A stretch of DNA of 63,660 nt, counting the filler, from Myxococcota bacterium (GTDB lineage Bacteria > Myxococcota > Myxococcia > Myxococcales > Myxococcaceae), in assembly GCA_049322255.1 (NCBI GenBank). It is 3 parts of 3 records of this genome, joined end to end, with 100 filler letters (N's around TTAATTAATTAA, not from the genome) between each part and the next. Parts side by side here need not be neighbours in the genome. Positions count along the whole stretch, not along the records: positions 21,981 to 43,806 come from JBMORE010000072.1; 2 more parts are not named here. One strand, given 5' to 3'. Of the stretch, positions 30,461 through 39,256 are shown one piece after another. Under the pieces are notes generated by a model. The model saw only the letters and a list, made by a program, of their open reading frames with translations, searched no databases and was not told the origin of the DNA. The position numbers were made by a program, and so were the translations under genes. Position 1 is the first letter of the stretch. Every line of letters starts with the position of its first letter.

Positions 30461-30924
30461 AGGCGCTTGGAGAGGATGATGAGGTCCTCCCCCACCTTGT
30501 AGAAGTCGCGGAAGCGTGCCTCTTCGGTGTACTGCATCGCTTCGTAGAAACCGCGCGTGGGCCCGTACGCTTCCATCGCGCTGGTTTCCACGCGAATGAG
30601 CCGACCCTTGCGGCGCCTCAGCTCGCCTTCCATCGCCGACACCAACTGCGAGCCCACGCCCTGGCCGCGCACGTTGGGGTCGGAGGCAATCCAATAGAGG
30701 TCGAAGGTGCCCTCGGTCATGGGCGTCGGGCCGTAGCACACGTAGCCCACCACCTTGCCGTCCTTGATGGCCACCAGCACCTGGTAGTCAGGGTGATTGG
30801 GCTGGTTTGCGAGATCGATGAGCTCGAGCGCGCAAGCCACTTCGGGCGGCGAGAACGTTTCGATTCGGCCCAGGAGCTCGGCGAGTGGCTCCCGGTCCGT
30901 GGCGGCGAGTGGACGAATTTCCAT
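30457..30924 (-). CDS. GNAT N-acetyltransferase
   Basis: FDLYWIASDPNVRGQGVG acetyl-CoA motif; RGFYE. Confidence 0.9.
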   Translation of the reverse strand: MEIRPLAATDREPLAELLGRIETFSPPEVACALELIDLANQPNHPDYQVLVAIKDGKVVGYVCYGPTPMTEGTFDLYWIASDPNVRGQGVGSQLVSAMEGELRRRKGRLIRVETSAMEAYGPTRGFYEAMQYTEEARFRDFYKVGEDLIILSKRL

Positions 30925-31915
30925 GGCTTCGTTCCAGGGCGATGTCGACGAGGTGCAAGGCCAGGTCGGGGTAGCTGATCCCCGCGGCCGCGGCCGCCTT
31001 GGCAAAGCCGGCGTGCGGGTGGAGGTCGCAGTTGGGGTTGATGTCGATGACGTACGGCTGCCCTTCGGCGGTCAAGCGCAGGTCGACCCGGCCGTAGTCA
31101 CGGCACTCCAAGGCTTCGAACGCCTCCAGCGCAATCTTCACCACGTGCGCCTCGAGCTCGGGCGGAAGGCGGCAGGGCCCGGAGGGACTGTCGATGCACT
31201 CGGGCGATTCGGCTTCCCACTTCGCCTTGTAGGAGACGATGCGCGGGCGATTTTGGAAGGTGTCGCCGAAGTGAATCTCGCTCAAGGGCAGCGCGCGGCG
31301 CGGCCGGTTGCCCAGCACCGGCACGTAGATTTCGCGGCCGGCGACGAACTCCTCCACGAGCGCCGGTTGGCGGAAGGTGCGTAAAAGGCGAGACACCGCC
31401 CTGCCCAGCGCCGCCCGGTCGTTCACCACCGAGTCGAAGTCGATGCCCACCGAGGCGTCCTCTCGCGCCGGCTTGACGATGAGGGGGAAGGGCAGATCGA
31501 TCGTGACCAGATCGCCCACGGACTCCACGACGCAAAAGCGCGGGGTCGGTACACCGCGGGCCAAGAGCAGCTCCTTGGCTTTGTGCTTGTGCAGCGCCAG
31601 CCCCAGCGACAGCGCCGAGGAGCCGCTGAAGGGAATGTCGAAAAGCTCGAGCAGACAGGGCACCGCCATCTCCCCGCGGCTGTCGGCGGCGAGCGACTCG
31701 CACAGGTTGATGACCACGTCGGGCCGGCGGCGGCGAAGCGCCTCGCCAATCGCCATCAAGTCATTCGCCACCGGCAGGGGCTCGGCGGTCACCCCGCCTT
31801 GACTCAGTGCGTCGGACAAGGCCGCCGCGACCCGAACCACGTCCTTTCGCGCTTCTCTTCCCGGGTCGACTTCCAGGAGGTCATGATCGACGTTGTGCAG
31901 GACGGCGACTTGCAT
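30788..31915 (-). CDS. D-alanine--D-alanine ligase-like ATP-grasp enzyme
   Basis: PLIVKPAREDASVGI, LVEEFVAGRE, GRVDLR, DINPNC. Confidence 0.88.
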   Translation of the reverse strand: MQVAVLHNVDHDLLEVDPGREARKDVVRVAAALSDALSQGGVTAEPLPVANDLMAIGEALRRRRPDVVINLCESLAADSRGEMAVPCLLELFDIPFSGSSALSLGLALHKHKAKELLLARGVPTPRFCVVESVGDLVTIDLPFPLIVKPAREDASVGIDFDSVVNDRAALGRAVSRLLRTFRQPALVEEFVAGREIYVPVLGNRPRRALPLSEIHFGDTFQNRPRIVSYKAKWEAESPECIDSPSGPCRLPPELEAHVVKIALEAFEALECRDYGRVDLRLTAEGQPYVIDINPNCDLHPHAGFAKAAAAAGISYPDLALHLVDIALERSHGNSSTRRHGPGATRRAPGPNRNVLAARSGLRARAHRSRKPAQSP

Positions 31916-32047
31916 CGGGTCCCCCCTCCCTAGCACGATCTCCCAGTCCTGGCCCAGGTTTAGCGCGCCTCGTGAAAATCATCGAAACTCATTTTCTCTT
32001 CCGCCGATAAACTCTTCAAAGTCGTCCCTGGCCCTTTGGAGGTTCTC

Positions 32048-32950
32048 ATGTCTCCCCAACGCGTAGGTTCGCCTCCCCAGCCGCAGACGCAGACGTTGAC
32101 CGAGCGAGCCAATGAGGCGACGGACACCGCGCTGACCGCCCGATCGGCCGTGAACACCGCCGCGGTGGTGAAGAACAGAGTCACCGACGCATACAGCGCG
32201 GCCAAGAATCTGCCCCAGAAGGCGCCATCGTTGGGCTTCTCGGGTGTGGCGGGCCGTCTCAACAGCGGAGCGGGCGTGGTCGTCGGCGGGGCGCTGCTTC
32301 CTGGGCAAATCGCCACTGCGAGCTCGGACATTCGCAAGGCCGTCAGCTCCGGGACACGGGAGGATGCGACCCAGGCCGCCAACTCGACCCTGGGAGCTGC
32401 CCGCAACACCCTCGTCTCCTCCAAGGGGAGCGTCGAGCTCGCTCAGAACGCGCAGAAATTCTACGGGGCTCGCAGCGCTGCGGCGGCCGCCTTTGCCCAG
32501 AGCGCTCCCGAGGCGAGCAAGTCGGTGGTGAAGGCCGCGTCGCGAGCCGCTGCTCGCGCCACCTTCCACAACGGCACGGAGGCGGCGGCGACCCAGGCGG
32601 TCGAGCGGGCGGTTTCCGGTGCTGGGGAGCGTGCGGCGCAAGCCGCTCTTCGCGAGGGCTCTGAATCGGCCGCTCGTGCCGCGGCAGCGGCGACTGCCCG
32701 CGCTGCCGCTGGCCCGGTGTCCAAGGCTGCTGGTCGCTTCATTCCCGGGGTGAACGTCGCCCTCGCCGCGGTCGACTCCGCCAATGCGACCGCCACCTTG
32801 GCCAACCCCAGCGCGGGAGTGGGCAAGAAGGTGACCTCGGTCATCACCGCCGCCGGGTCGATCGCCGCTGCCACCAACGTTCCGGTGGTCAGCCAGGCGG
32901 GCGCGGCCCTCTCGCTGGCGTCGAGCTTCGCCAGCGGCTTCTTCAAATGA
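32048..32950 (+). CDS. Ala-rich hypothetical protein with hydrophobic C-terminus
   Basis: GGAGG RBS; 300-aa ORF filling the intergenic space; GRFIPGVNVALAAVD. Confidence 0.75.
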   Translation: MSPQRVGSPPQPQTQTLTERANEATDTALTARSAVNTAAVVKNRVTDAYSAAKNLPQKAPSLGFSGVAGRLNSGAGVVVGGALLPGQIATASSDIRKAVSSGTREDATQAANSTLGAARNTLVSSKGSVELAQNAQKFYGARSAAAAAFAQSAPEASKSVVKAASRAAARATFHNGTEAAATQAVERAVSGAGERAAQAALREGSESAARAAAAATARAAAGPVSKAAGRFIPGVNVALAAVDSANATATLANPSAGVGKKVTSVITAAGSIAAATNVPVVSQAGAALSLASSFASGFFK

Positions 32951-33021
32951 ACCCCGGCGGCTCCTGAGTCACCGGTCCTGTTTTTTGCTACAAGCGTTGG
33001 CTTCCACTTTCAGGAGGCCAC

Positions 33022-34116
33022 GTGAGCAAAAAGGGCAAGGGCGAATCGAAGGCGCCTCCGGCCGACCCCCACGTCGCACGGATGTTGCGCAAAATCCCGC
33101 TCACCTCGGCTCTGGACACGGGGCCGGTGCCGCTGCCCGAGGTCAAGGCGCCGTCCACCGAGGGGCTTTCGGTGCACGTACCTTCGCCGCCCGACTTCAC
33201 CCGCGACGACCTCATTCGCCGCTTCAACGAGCTGGTCCGCGCCCACGCGAAAAGGCGAGACCGCGCGATGGGCGAGCAGGTGGAGCTGGGCGACGAGGTA
33301 CAGCTCGACGTGCTCGGCTATGCGCGCGGAAAGCTCATTCCCTTCTCGGCTCGTGTGGGCGTGTGGTCGGCGCTCGAGCCGCAGGCGTTGCTGCCCGGCT
33401 TTGCCGAAACCATCGCCGCCAGCGCCAAGGTGGGAGATTCGCTGCAACTCGAAGTCGTTTTGCCCGACGACTACCCGGTGGAGGCACTGCGCGGAGTGCC
33501 GGCGCGCTTCATCGTCGACGTGCGTGCGGCTTTCGCGCTGACCTTGCCCGACGCGGAGAGTAAGGCCTTCTTGAAGGCGCTCGGCCGCGGCAAGGACCTC
33601 GACGAGGTGATGGGCTCCGTCTCACAGGAGCTGGAGCGGGAGCTTTCCGACCAGCTGTGGCTTATGGCCCAGGACAGGGTGTTCGACGAGTTGGTGCGCC
33701 GTGCCGACGTGAAGGTTCCCAGGGAGCTGGTGGACGAGGAGATTCGCCGCCGCTGGGGTCAGCTGGAGGGCAAGCAGCTGGCGGAGAAAGGCTTCGACGC
33801 CGCGGAGCAAAAGGAGGCGCTCGACGTCTGGCTGGAGGACCCGGTGACCCGACGCGATTGCGAGCGGCGGCTTCAAGTCGGGCTGGTGCTCAAGGCGATC
33901 GTGGAGCGCGACAAGCTCGAGCTGACCCCGACCAAGGTCGACGAGCTGCTCGAAGCGCTGGCTCCTGCCTACGGTTTTTCTGCAGAAGAGGCGAAAGCGG
34001 GTGTGCGCGACGAGCCGACGGCGGCGATGCACGGGCTCTTTTGGCACCTCTTGGCAGTGAGCCACGTGATGGGGAAGGCGACGGTCCACTTCGGGGACGC
34101 GCCGGCCAAGAAGTAG
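33022..34116 (+). CDS. Trigger factor-like protein (FKBP-like + SurA-like C-terminal domain)
   Basis: ELGDEVQLD, LLPGFAE, LPDDYPVEALRG, VPRELVDEEI, LVLKAIVERDKL; AGGAGG RBS. Confidence 0.8.
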   Translation: MSKKGKGESKAPPADPHVARMLRKIPLTSALDTGPVPLPEVKAPSTEGLSVHVPSPPDFTRDDLIRRFNELVRAHAKRRDRAMGEQVELGDEVQLDVLGYARGKLIPFSARVGVWSALEPQALLPGFAETIAASAKVGDSLQLEVVLPDDYPVEALRGVPARFIVDVRAAFALTLPDAESKAFLKALGRGKDLDEVMGSVSQELERELSDQLWLMAQDRVFDELVRRADVKVPRELVDEEIRRRWGQLEGKQLAEKGFDAAEQKEALDVWLEDPVTRRDCERRLQVGLVLKAIVERDKLELTPTKVDELLEALAPAYGFSAEEAKAGVRDEPTAAMHGLFWHLLAVSHVMGKATVHFGDAPAKK

Positions 34117-34120
34117 CGCG

Positions 34121-35392
34121 ATGCGCGTTCGCGACCCGATACACGGCACCATCCTCGTCAGCGACGAGGAGAAGGCAGTGGTGGACAGTCGCTTCTACCA
34201 ACGCCTGCGCTACGTGCGGCAGCTGGGCTTCGGCGACCTCGCCTTTCCCGGAGCCACCCACACCCGCCATGCGCATTCGCTGGGGGCGATGCAGGTGGCC
34301 TCTCGGTTGTTCGAGGCGGTGGCCGCGCGTGCCGACCTCTCCTCGGTAGCGCGAGAACGGTTTCGTGCTGCGGTGCGCTTGGCGGTGCTCTGCCATGATT
34401 TGGGACACATGCCGCTGTCGCATGCCTCGGAGAAAATCGCGCCAGCGCGCGCGGCGTTGAAGCTCCCGGTGTGGGTCACCGGAGGAAACGAGGCAGGGCA
34501 AGCCTCGCACGAAGACTTCACCGCCCGCATCTTGCTCGACAGCTCGCTCACCCCGCTCTTGCGTGCGCGCTACTCCTCGCTGGGGGTCACCCCCGAGGCG
34601 GTGGTGTCCCTGGTGACGGGCAGGGAGCCGCCGGGCGGTGCGGGGTTTTCCGACCAGGGCGTCGACTGGGCGCCGCTCTTGCGCGCGCTGGTGTCGGGTG
34701 AGCTCGACGCCGACCGCATGGACTACCTCTTGCGCGACTCCTTCTACACTGGCGTGAACTACGGCCGGTACGACCTCGATTGGATCATTCAGAACTTGAA
34801 CGCGGCGGTGAAAGACGGGCGAGTCTACCTGGCGCTCTCGCGGGCAGCGGTGTTCGCCTTCGAGGACTTTCTCTTGAGCCGCTACCACATGTTCGTCTCC
34901 GTCTATTACCACCACACCTCGGTGAGCTTCGACTGGATGTTGCGGCGCTACTACGAGGAGGCACCTGGCGAGTTCGAGATTCCCGCCGAACCGGAAGAGT
35001 TCCTCGCCTGCGACGACGTGACCCTGCAATGGGCGCTGCGCCGCTCGAAGAACCGCTGGGCCCAGCGCATCGTGGCGCGCGCGGGTTTCAAGCTGCTCGC
35101 GCAGTTCACCGAGCGCGACGTGGGCTACGACCTGGGAGCGCTCTTGGCGGCGCTCACCTCCCGGGGGGTGGAGCACTTCGCGGTGGAGTCGAAAGGAGTG
35201 CTCTCCAAATACATCGACGGAGGCGAAGGGCCGCCCCTGTTCATCCTCGACGTGTCCACCGGAAGGCTCACCGAGGTGGCGCGCTACACCCCGCTCTACC
35301 AGCGTTACAGCGGTGCGGTGCGCCTGTCCTGCGTGTACGTGCGCCCGGATCAGCTCGAGCTGGCCAAGCCCGCTTTGGGAGGGGCGCAGTGA
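34121..35392 (+). CDS. HD-domain phosphohydrolase (dNTPase/SAMHD1-like)
   Basis: RDPIHG, QRLRYVRQLG, FPGATHTRHAHSLG, HDLGH.PLSH, LDADRMDYLLRD. Confidence 0.92.
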   Translation: MRVRDPIHGTILVSDEEKAVVDSRFYQRLRYVRQLGFGDLAFPGATHTRHAHSLGAMQVASRLFEAVAARADLSSVARERFRAAVRLAVLCHDLGHMPLSHASEKIAPARAALKLPVWVTGGNEAGQASHEDFTARILLDSSLTPLLRARYSSLGVTPEAVVSLVTGREPPGGAGFSDQGVDWAPLLRALVSGELDADRMDYLLRDSFYTGVNYGRYDLDWIIQNLNAAVKDGRVYLALSRAAVFAFEDFLLSRYHMFVSVYYHHTSVSFDWMLRRYYEEAPGEFEIPAEPEEFLACDDVTLQWALRRSKNRWAQRIVARAGFKLLAQFTERDVGYDLGALLAALTSRGVEHFAVESKGVLSKYIDGGEGPPLFILDVSTGRLTEVARYTPLYQRYSGAVRLSCVYVRPDQLELAKPALGGAQ

Positions 35393-36903
35393 GCGAGGCC
35401 CTCCCGGGCATGCCTCCACCCCCTCCCCCGGCGACAGTGCGCGACGCGGCCGCGGTGGTGCTCTTTCGCCGTGTGCACGAGGGCGTGGAGCTGTTCTGGC
35501 TCAAACGTGAAAAGACGCTCGCCTTCGCGGGCGGGTTCTACGCCTTCGCCGGAGGCCGGGTGGACACGGCGGACACCGCGGTGCCGGTGGAGGGAGCGCG
35601 CGCACAGAAGGCCGCGCACATCGCCGCCGCCGCGCGTGAGCTGTTCGAGGAGACGGGGGTGTTGGTCGCCCCAGGGGCGGAGCGCCTCGCAGCCGGAGAG
35701 CTCGCGTCGATGCGCCGCTCGCTCTTGGAGAAGAGGGCGAGCTGGGCGGACCTCTTGGCGCGCCATGCGTTGCGGCTGCGCGCGCGCGACTTCGTGGAGG
35801 CGGGTCGCTGGTTGACGCCCCCGGTGATGCCCGTGCGTTTCGACGCCCGATTCTTTCTCGTCGAGATGCCCACGTACGCCCAGGCAGAGGTGTGGCCCGG
35901 AGAGCTGTCGGAAGGAGGGTGGGTGCGGCCGGCCGAGGCACTCTTGCGCTGGGAGGAAGGCACGGCGCTCCTCCATCCGCCCAATTTGCACGCGCTTCAG
36001 GTGATGGCCGCTTTTCGCTCGACGGAGGAAGCGGCGAAAGCGCTCGCCTCCCCCGCGCACTGTGCTGACTTCGTGGCCACGCGCATCGAGTTTCAAAAGG
36101 GCATACGCCTCTTTCCTTTGCGCACTCCGACGTTGCCGCCCGCGACGCACACCAACGCGTACGTCCTGGGAAACCGCGAGCTGTTGGTGGTCGACCCCGG
36201 CGCGGAGGAGGAAGGCGAGGTGACGCGGCTTTTGGAGATGGTCGAGGGGTTGAAGGCCGAAGGAGCCGGGGTGCGGGCGGTGGTGCTCACCCATCATCAT
36301 CGGGACCACGTCGGCGGGGCGCGCAAAGTGAGTGAGCGGCTGGGAGCTCCCGTGTGGTGTCACGCGCGCACGGCGGAGCGGTTGGGCTTTACCCCGGGTC
36401 GGCTCCTCGCCGACGTCGACGTGCTCGAGCTCCAGGGGGAGCCGACGATGCGTTGGCGGGTCCTCCACACCCCCGGGCACGCGCGCGGGCACATCTGCCT
36501 GGTCGACGAACGCACACGCGCCGCGGTGGTGGGAGACATGGTCGCCGGCTTGGGCACCATCGTCATCGACCCACCCGAGGGTGACATGGCCGACTACCTG
36601 ACCCAGCTGGCGCGGCTGAAGGACTTGCCGGTGGGCACGCTCTATCCCGCGCACGGGCCCGCCATTCCCGACGGCCCTGGCAAGCTCGAGGAGTACCTCG
36701 CCCACCGGGCGATGCGCGAGGCCAAGGTGCTGGCCGCAGTGCCGGAAGAGGGCGCGACGCTGGAGGAAATCGTCCCCCTTGCTTACGACGAGGTCGCTCA
36801 GTTCGTCCTCCCCATCGCCCAGCGGAGCACGCTCGCCATCCTGGAGAAGCTGGCTCGCGAGGGCAAGGTGGAGCTCCACGGCGGCCGTTATTTCGCTCAC
36901 TAG
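35389..36903 (+). CDS. NUDIX + metallo-beta-lactamase (LACTB2-like) + winged-helix fusion
   Basis: FAGGRVD...AARELFEETG NUDIX box; THHHRDHVGG, HTPGHARGH, GD, PAHG; GTGA overlap with the HD gene. Confidence 0.9.
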   Translation: MSEALPGMPPPPPPATVRDAAAVVLFRRVHEGVELFWLKREKTLAFAGGFYAFAGGRVDTADTAVPVEGARAQKAAHIAAAARELFEETGVLVAPGAERLAAGELASMRRSLLEKRASWADLLARHALRLRARDFVEAGRWLTPPVMPVRFDARFFLVEMPTYAQAEVWPGELSEGGWVRPAEALLRWEEGTALLHPPNLHALQVMAAFRSTEEAAKALASPAHCADFVATRIEFQKGIRLFPLRTPTLPPATHTNAYVLGNRELLVVDPGAEEEGEVTRLLEMVEGLKAEGAGVRAVVLTHHHRDHVGGARKVSERLGAPVWCHARTAERLGFTPGRLLADVDVLELQGEPTMRWRVLHTPGHARGHICLVDERTRAAVVGDMVAGLGTIVIDPPEGDMADYLTQLARLKDLPVGTLYPAHGPAIPDGPGKLEEYLAHRAMREAKVLAAVPEEGATLEEIVPLAYDEVAQFVLPIAQRSTLAILEKLAREGKVELHGGRYFAH

Positions 36904-37289
36904 CTTTTGCGGATGAAGCGCACCGCGTCGACCAGTGCCGAGAAGACGCTCTGGTGCGAAATCGCCTCCAGCTCGCCGTAGTCGAGCCACACGCCCTTGC
37001 AGGCTGCGCACACGTCCATCACCACCCGCATGTCACGCTCGTTCATCACCTTGTCCATCACCTTCTCTGGCCGGCAGCGGGGGCAGAAGAGGGTGCGCGC
37101 CTGCGTCTCCATGCCGGGGAGCTTGAGCCACTCGATGAACACCACCTCCACCGTCTGCTCGAGGGTGGCGACGTCTTTCGCTTCGAACCAGTGCCCGGTA
37201 CAGGAGCGGCACTTCTGCGCCTCGAGAGAAAGGCCGCCCACGTCGTGACGGGTCGGAAAGAGGGGCGTGCGGCAGCGGGGGCAGTTCAT
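36900..37289 (-). CDS. Double zf-TFIIB zinc-ribbon protein
   Basis: MNCPRC...CRSCTGHWF...CPRC...CAACKGVWLDYGEL. Confidence 0.88.
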   Translation of the reverse strand: MNCPRCRTPLFPTRHDVGGLSLEAQKCRSCTGHWFEAKDVATLEQTVEVVFIEWLKLPGMETQARTLFCPRCRPEKVMDKVMNERDMRVVMDVCAACKGVWLDYGELEAISHQSVFSALVDAVRFIRKS

Positions 37290-37327
37290 CGTCGCGTGCG
37301 TGCGCACTGTAGACGATGCTGGCGCGC

Positions 37328-39163
37328 TCAGTCTTCTGCCGTGTTCGGCGCGCTCATGGCACGGCGGACTTCGGTGCGGAACAACCAAACCAACGGTGCC
37401 AGAACGAGGAGGAGCTGCGGAAGCAAGGTGAACGCGTCGGGGTAGACCCCGAGGAGCTCGATTTGCACGAAGGAAAGCGGCCGCAAGGGAAGTGCCCCCA
37501 CCTCCTGCAGCGCTCGCAGGCCTTTGCCGAGCATCACCACCGCGGTCGCCACCAACACCACCGTCGAAATGTGGAAGAGCGCCTTCATCGGCAAGCGGTA
37601 GCCAACGCGCCCCACGACGAGGACGAGCACCACGAGGGCCGCCGCGCCCGCCGCCGCTCCCCAGGCGACCCCGGCAGGAGAGTCGAGCGCCAACCCCTGG
37701 AGGAAGAGCACGGTCTCGAAGCTCTCGCGCAGCACCGCGGTGAAGGAGATGGTGAACAGCCCCGCCGCGCTGCCAGCGCCCAGGGCGGCCTGCATCTGTC
37801 CGCGCAAGTCTCCCATCAGCTTGCGCACGTTGGTTTTGGCGTTGAGCCACAGCGCGGCGTACAAGAGCATCGCCACTGCGGCGAGGGCCACCAGCGCTTC
37901 GAGCCACTCGCGCTGCGCTCCCCCGAGAATCGTGCGCGCTCCGAAGTAGAGCGCTACCCCCAAAGCGAGCGCGCTCATCCACCCCGCGTGCACCAGCCGG
38001 GCTTGCGCGGTGGCGCCCATCTTTTTGAGCACCGCCAAAAGCGCCGCCACCACCACCGTGGCCTCGAAGCCCTCGCGTAGGAGGATGAGCAGCGCCTGCA
38101 GCACCACCGACCAAAAGCCGACCGCTCCGCCCCTTCGTCGTGCCTGGTCCAAAAGCACCACCAGCCGTCGTCCGGCCTCGGGCACGTCGGCGCTTCCCTC
38201 CTCCGCGAGCAGCCGCGCCTGGAGGAACGCCTTCTCCAGCGCCGCCACCTGGCCGGCATCTCGTGCACGAAGCACCGGCTCCACCGGCTCGAGCCCGTTC
38301 AAATAAGCGTCGAGCAGCGCCCCCTTGGCCTTCGCGTGCTTACCGGCGGCGGCGAGCTCGATGGCTTCCTCCACCTTGCCGCGCGCCCACAGCAGCGCTT
38401 GTTCCTCGTCCGGTCTTTGCGTCTTTCGCCGAAGGCACGCCACGTCTTGGGGTGAGAAGGCGCGCGCCAGCTCCTCGTCTGTCGTGGTCGAAAGCTGCTC
38501 GAGCGAGGAGCGCGGCGGCTGCCCGTCGCAGGGAGGCTGGCGCAGGGTGAAGACGAAGAACGCCAAGTCCCAGCGTTCGTCCTCGTCGACGGCGGCGAAG
38601 CCAGGCATCGCGGTGCCGGTCACTCCGTGGGAGATGGTGTTGAATGCCTTGTAGGGGGTGAGCGCGCTCATCCGCTCCGGGTCGAGGAAGCTGGCCGGGG
38701 GTGGATTCATCGTCGAAGAGAGCTCCGCTTGGCCATCGCCGTGGACGCCGTGACAGGCGGCGCAGGCGGTGGCGAACAGCGCACGGCCGCGCTCCAAGTC
38801 GGGGGGGCGGCGGGGGCTGCGGGCGAGCCCTCCGGCCGCTACCAATTCCTCGACCAGCGCGGCGCACTCGGCGCGAACCCCCTCGGGGTCTGCGCCCGCC
38901 TCGATGCGGGAGCGCACCGCGTCAATGCGCTCCACGAAGGGCGCCGCCTGTGGGCCGAGCGCTCGCACCGTCTGTGCCGCCTCGCCCACAAAGGAGCGCT
39001 GCTCGGCCAGCTCGAAGGGATCGCCCGAGGCGAGGGCTCCTGGGTAGTCCGCCTCCAGGTATTGCAAGACACCCACCAGCCGGTGCCACTCGTCGCTGCC
39101 TTGCGCCCGCGCCGGGGCGCTCACCCACAGCGCGCCAACGACCCAAACGCGGAGCCACTTCAC
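37328..39163 (-). CDS. Cytochrome c / FTR1 iron permease fusion
   Basis: CAACH heme motif; REGFE and RESFE motifs; TM domain. Confidence 0.92.
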   Translation of the reverse strand: MKWLRVWVVGALWVSAPARAQGSDEWHRLVGVLQYLEADYPGALASGDPFELAEQRSFVGEAAQTVRALGPQAAPFVERIDAVRSRIEAGADPEGVRAECAALVEELVAAGGLARSPRRPPDLERGRALFATACAACHGVHGDGQAELSSTMNPPPASFLDPERMSALTPYKAFNTISHGVTGTAMPGFAAVDEDERWDLAFFVFTLRQPPCDGQPPRSSLEQLSTTTDEELARAFSPQDVACLRRKTQRPDEEQALLWARGKVEEAIELAAAGKHAKAKGALLDAYLNGLEPVEPVLRARDAGQVAALEKAFLQARLLAEEGSADVPEAGRRLVVLLDQARRRGGAVGFWSVVLQALLILLREGFEATVVVAALLAVLKKMGATAQARLVHAGWMSALALGVALYFGARTILGGAQREWLEALVALAAVAMLLYAALWLNAKTNVRKLMGDLRGQMQAALGAGSAAGLFTISFTAVLRESFETVLFLQGLALDSPAGVAWGAAAGAAALVVLVLVVGRVGYRLPMKALFHISTVVLVATAVVMLGKGLRALQEVGALPLRPLSFVQIELLGVYPDAFTLLPQLLLVLAPLVWLFRTEVRRAMSAPNTAED

Positions 39164-39202
39164 GGCTTCTTTCCTAGCAGGCCTGGGGTACGACTTCAAT
39201 TG

Positions 39203-39217
39203 TGCGAATCAAATTCA
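39203..39217. promoter_or_regulatory. Possible Fur-type box upstream of FTR1
   Basis: TGCGAAT-C-AAATTCA resembles the 7-1-7 TGATAAT-N-ATTATCA; AT-rich patch in the divergent intergenic region. Confidence 0.45.
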
Positions 39218-39256
39218 AGCTTGCGGCCGTTGAAATGAGAGATCGAGGTCATCAAG

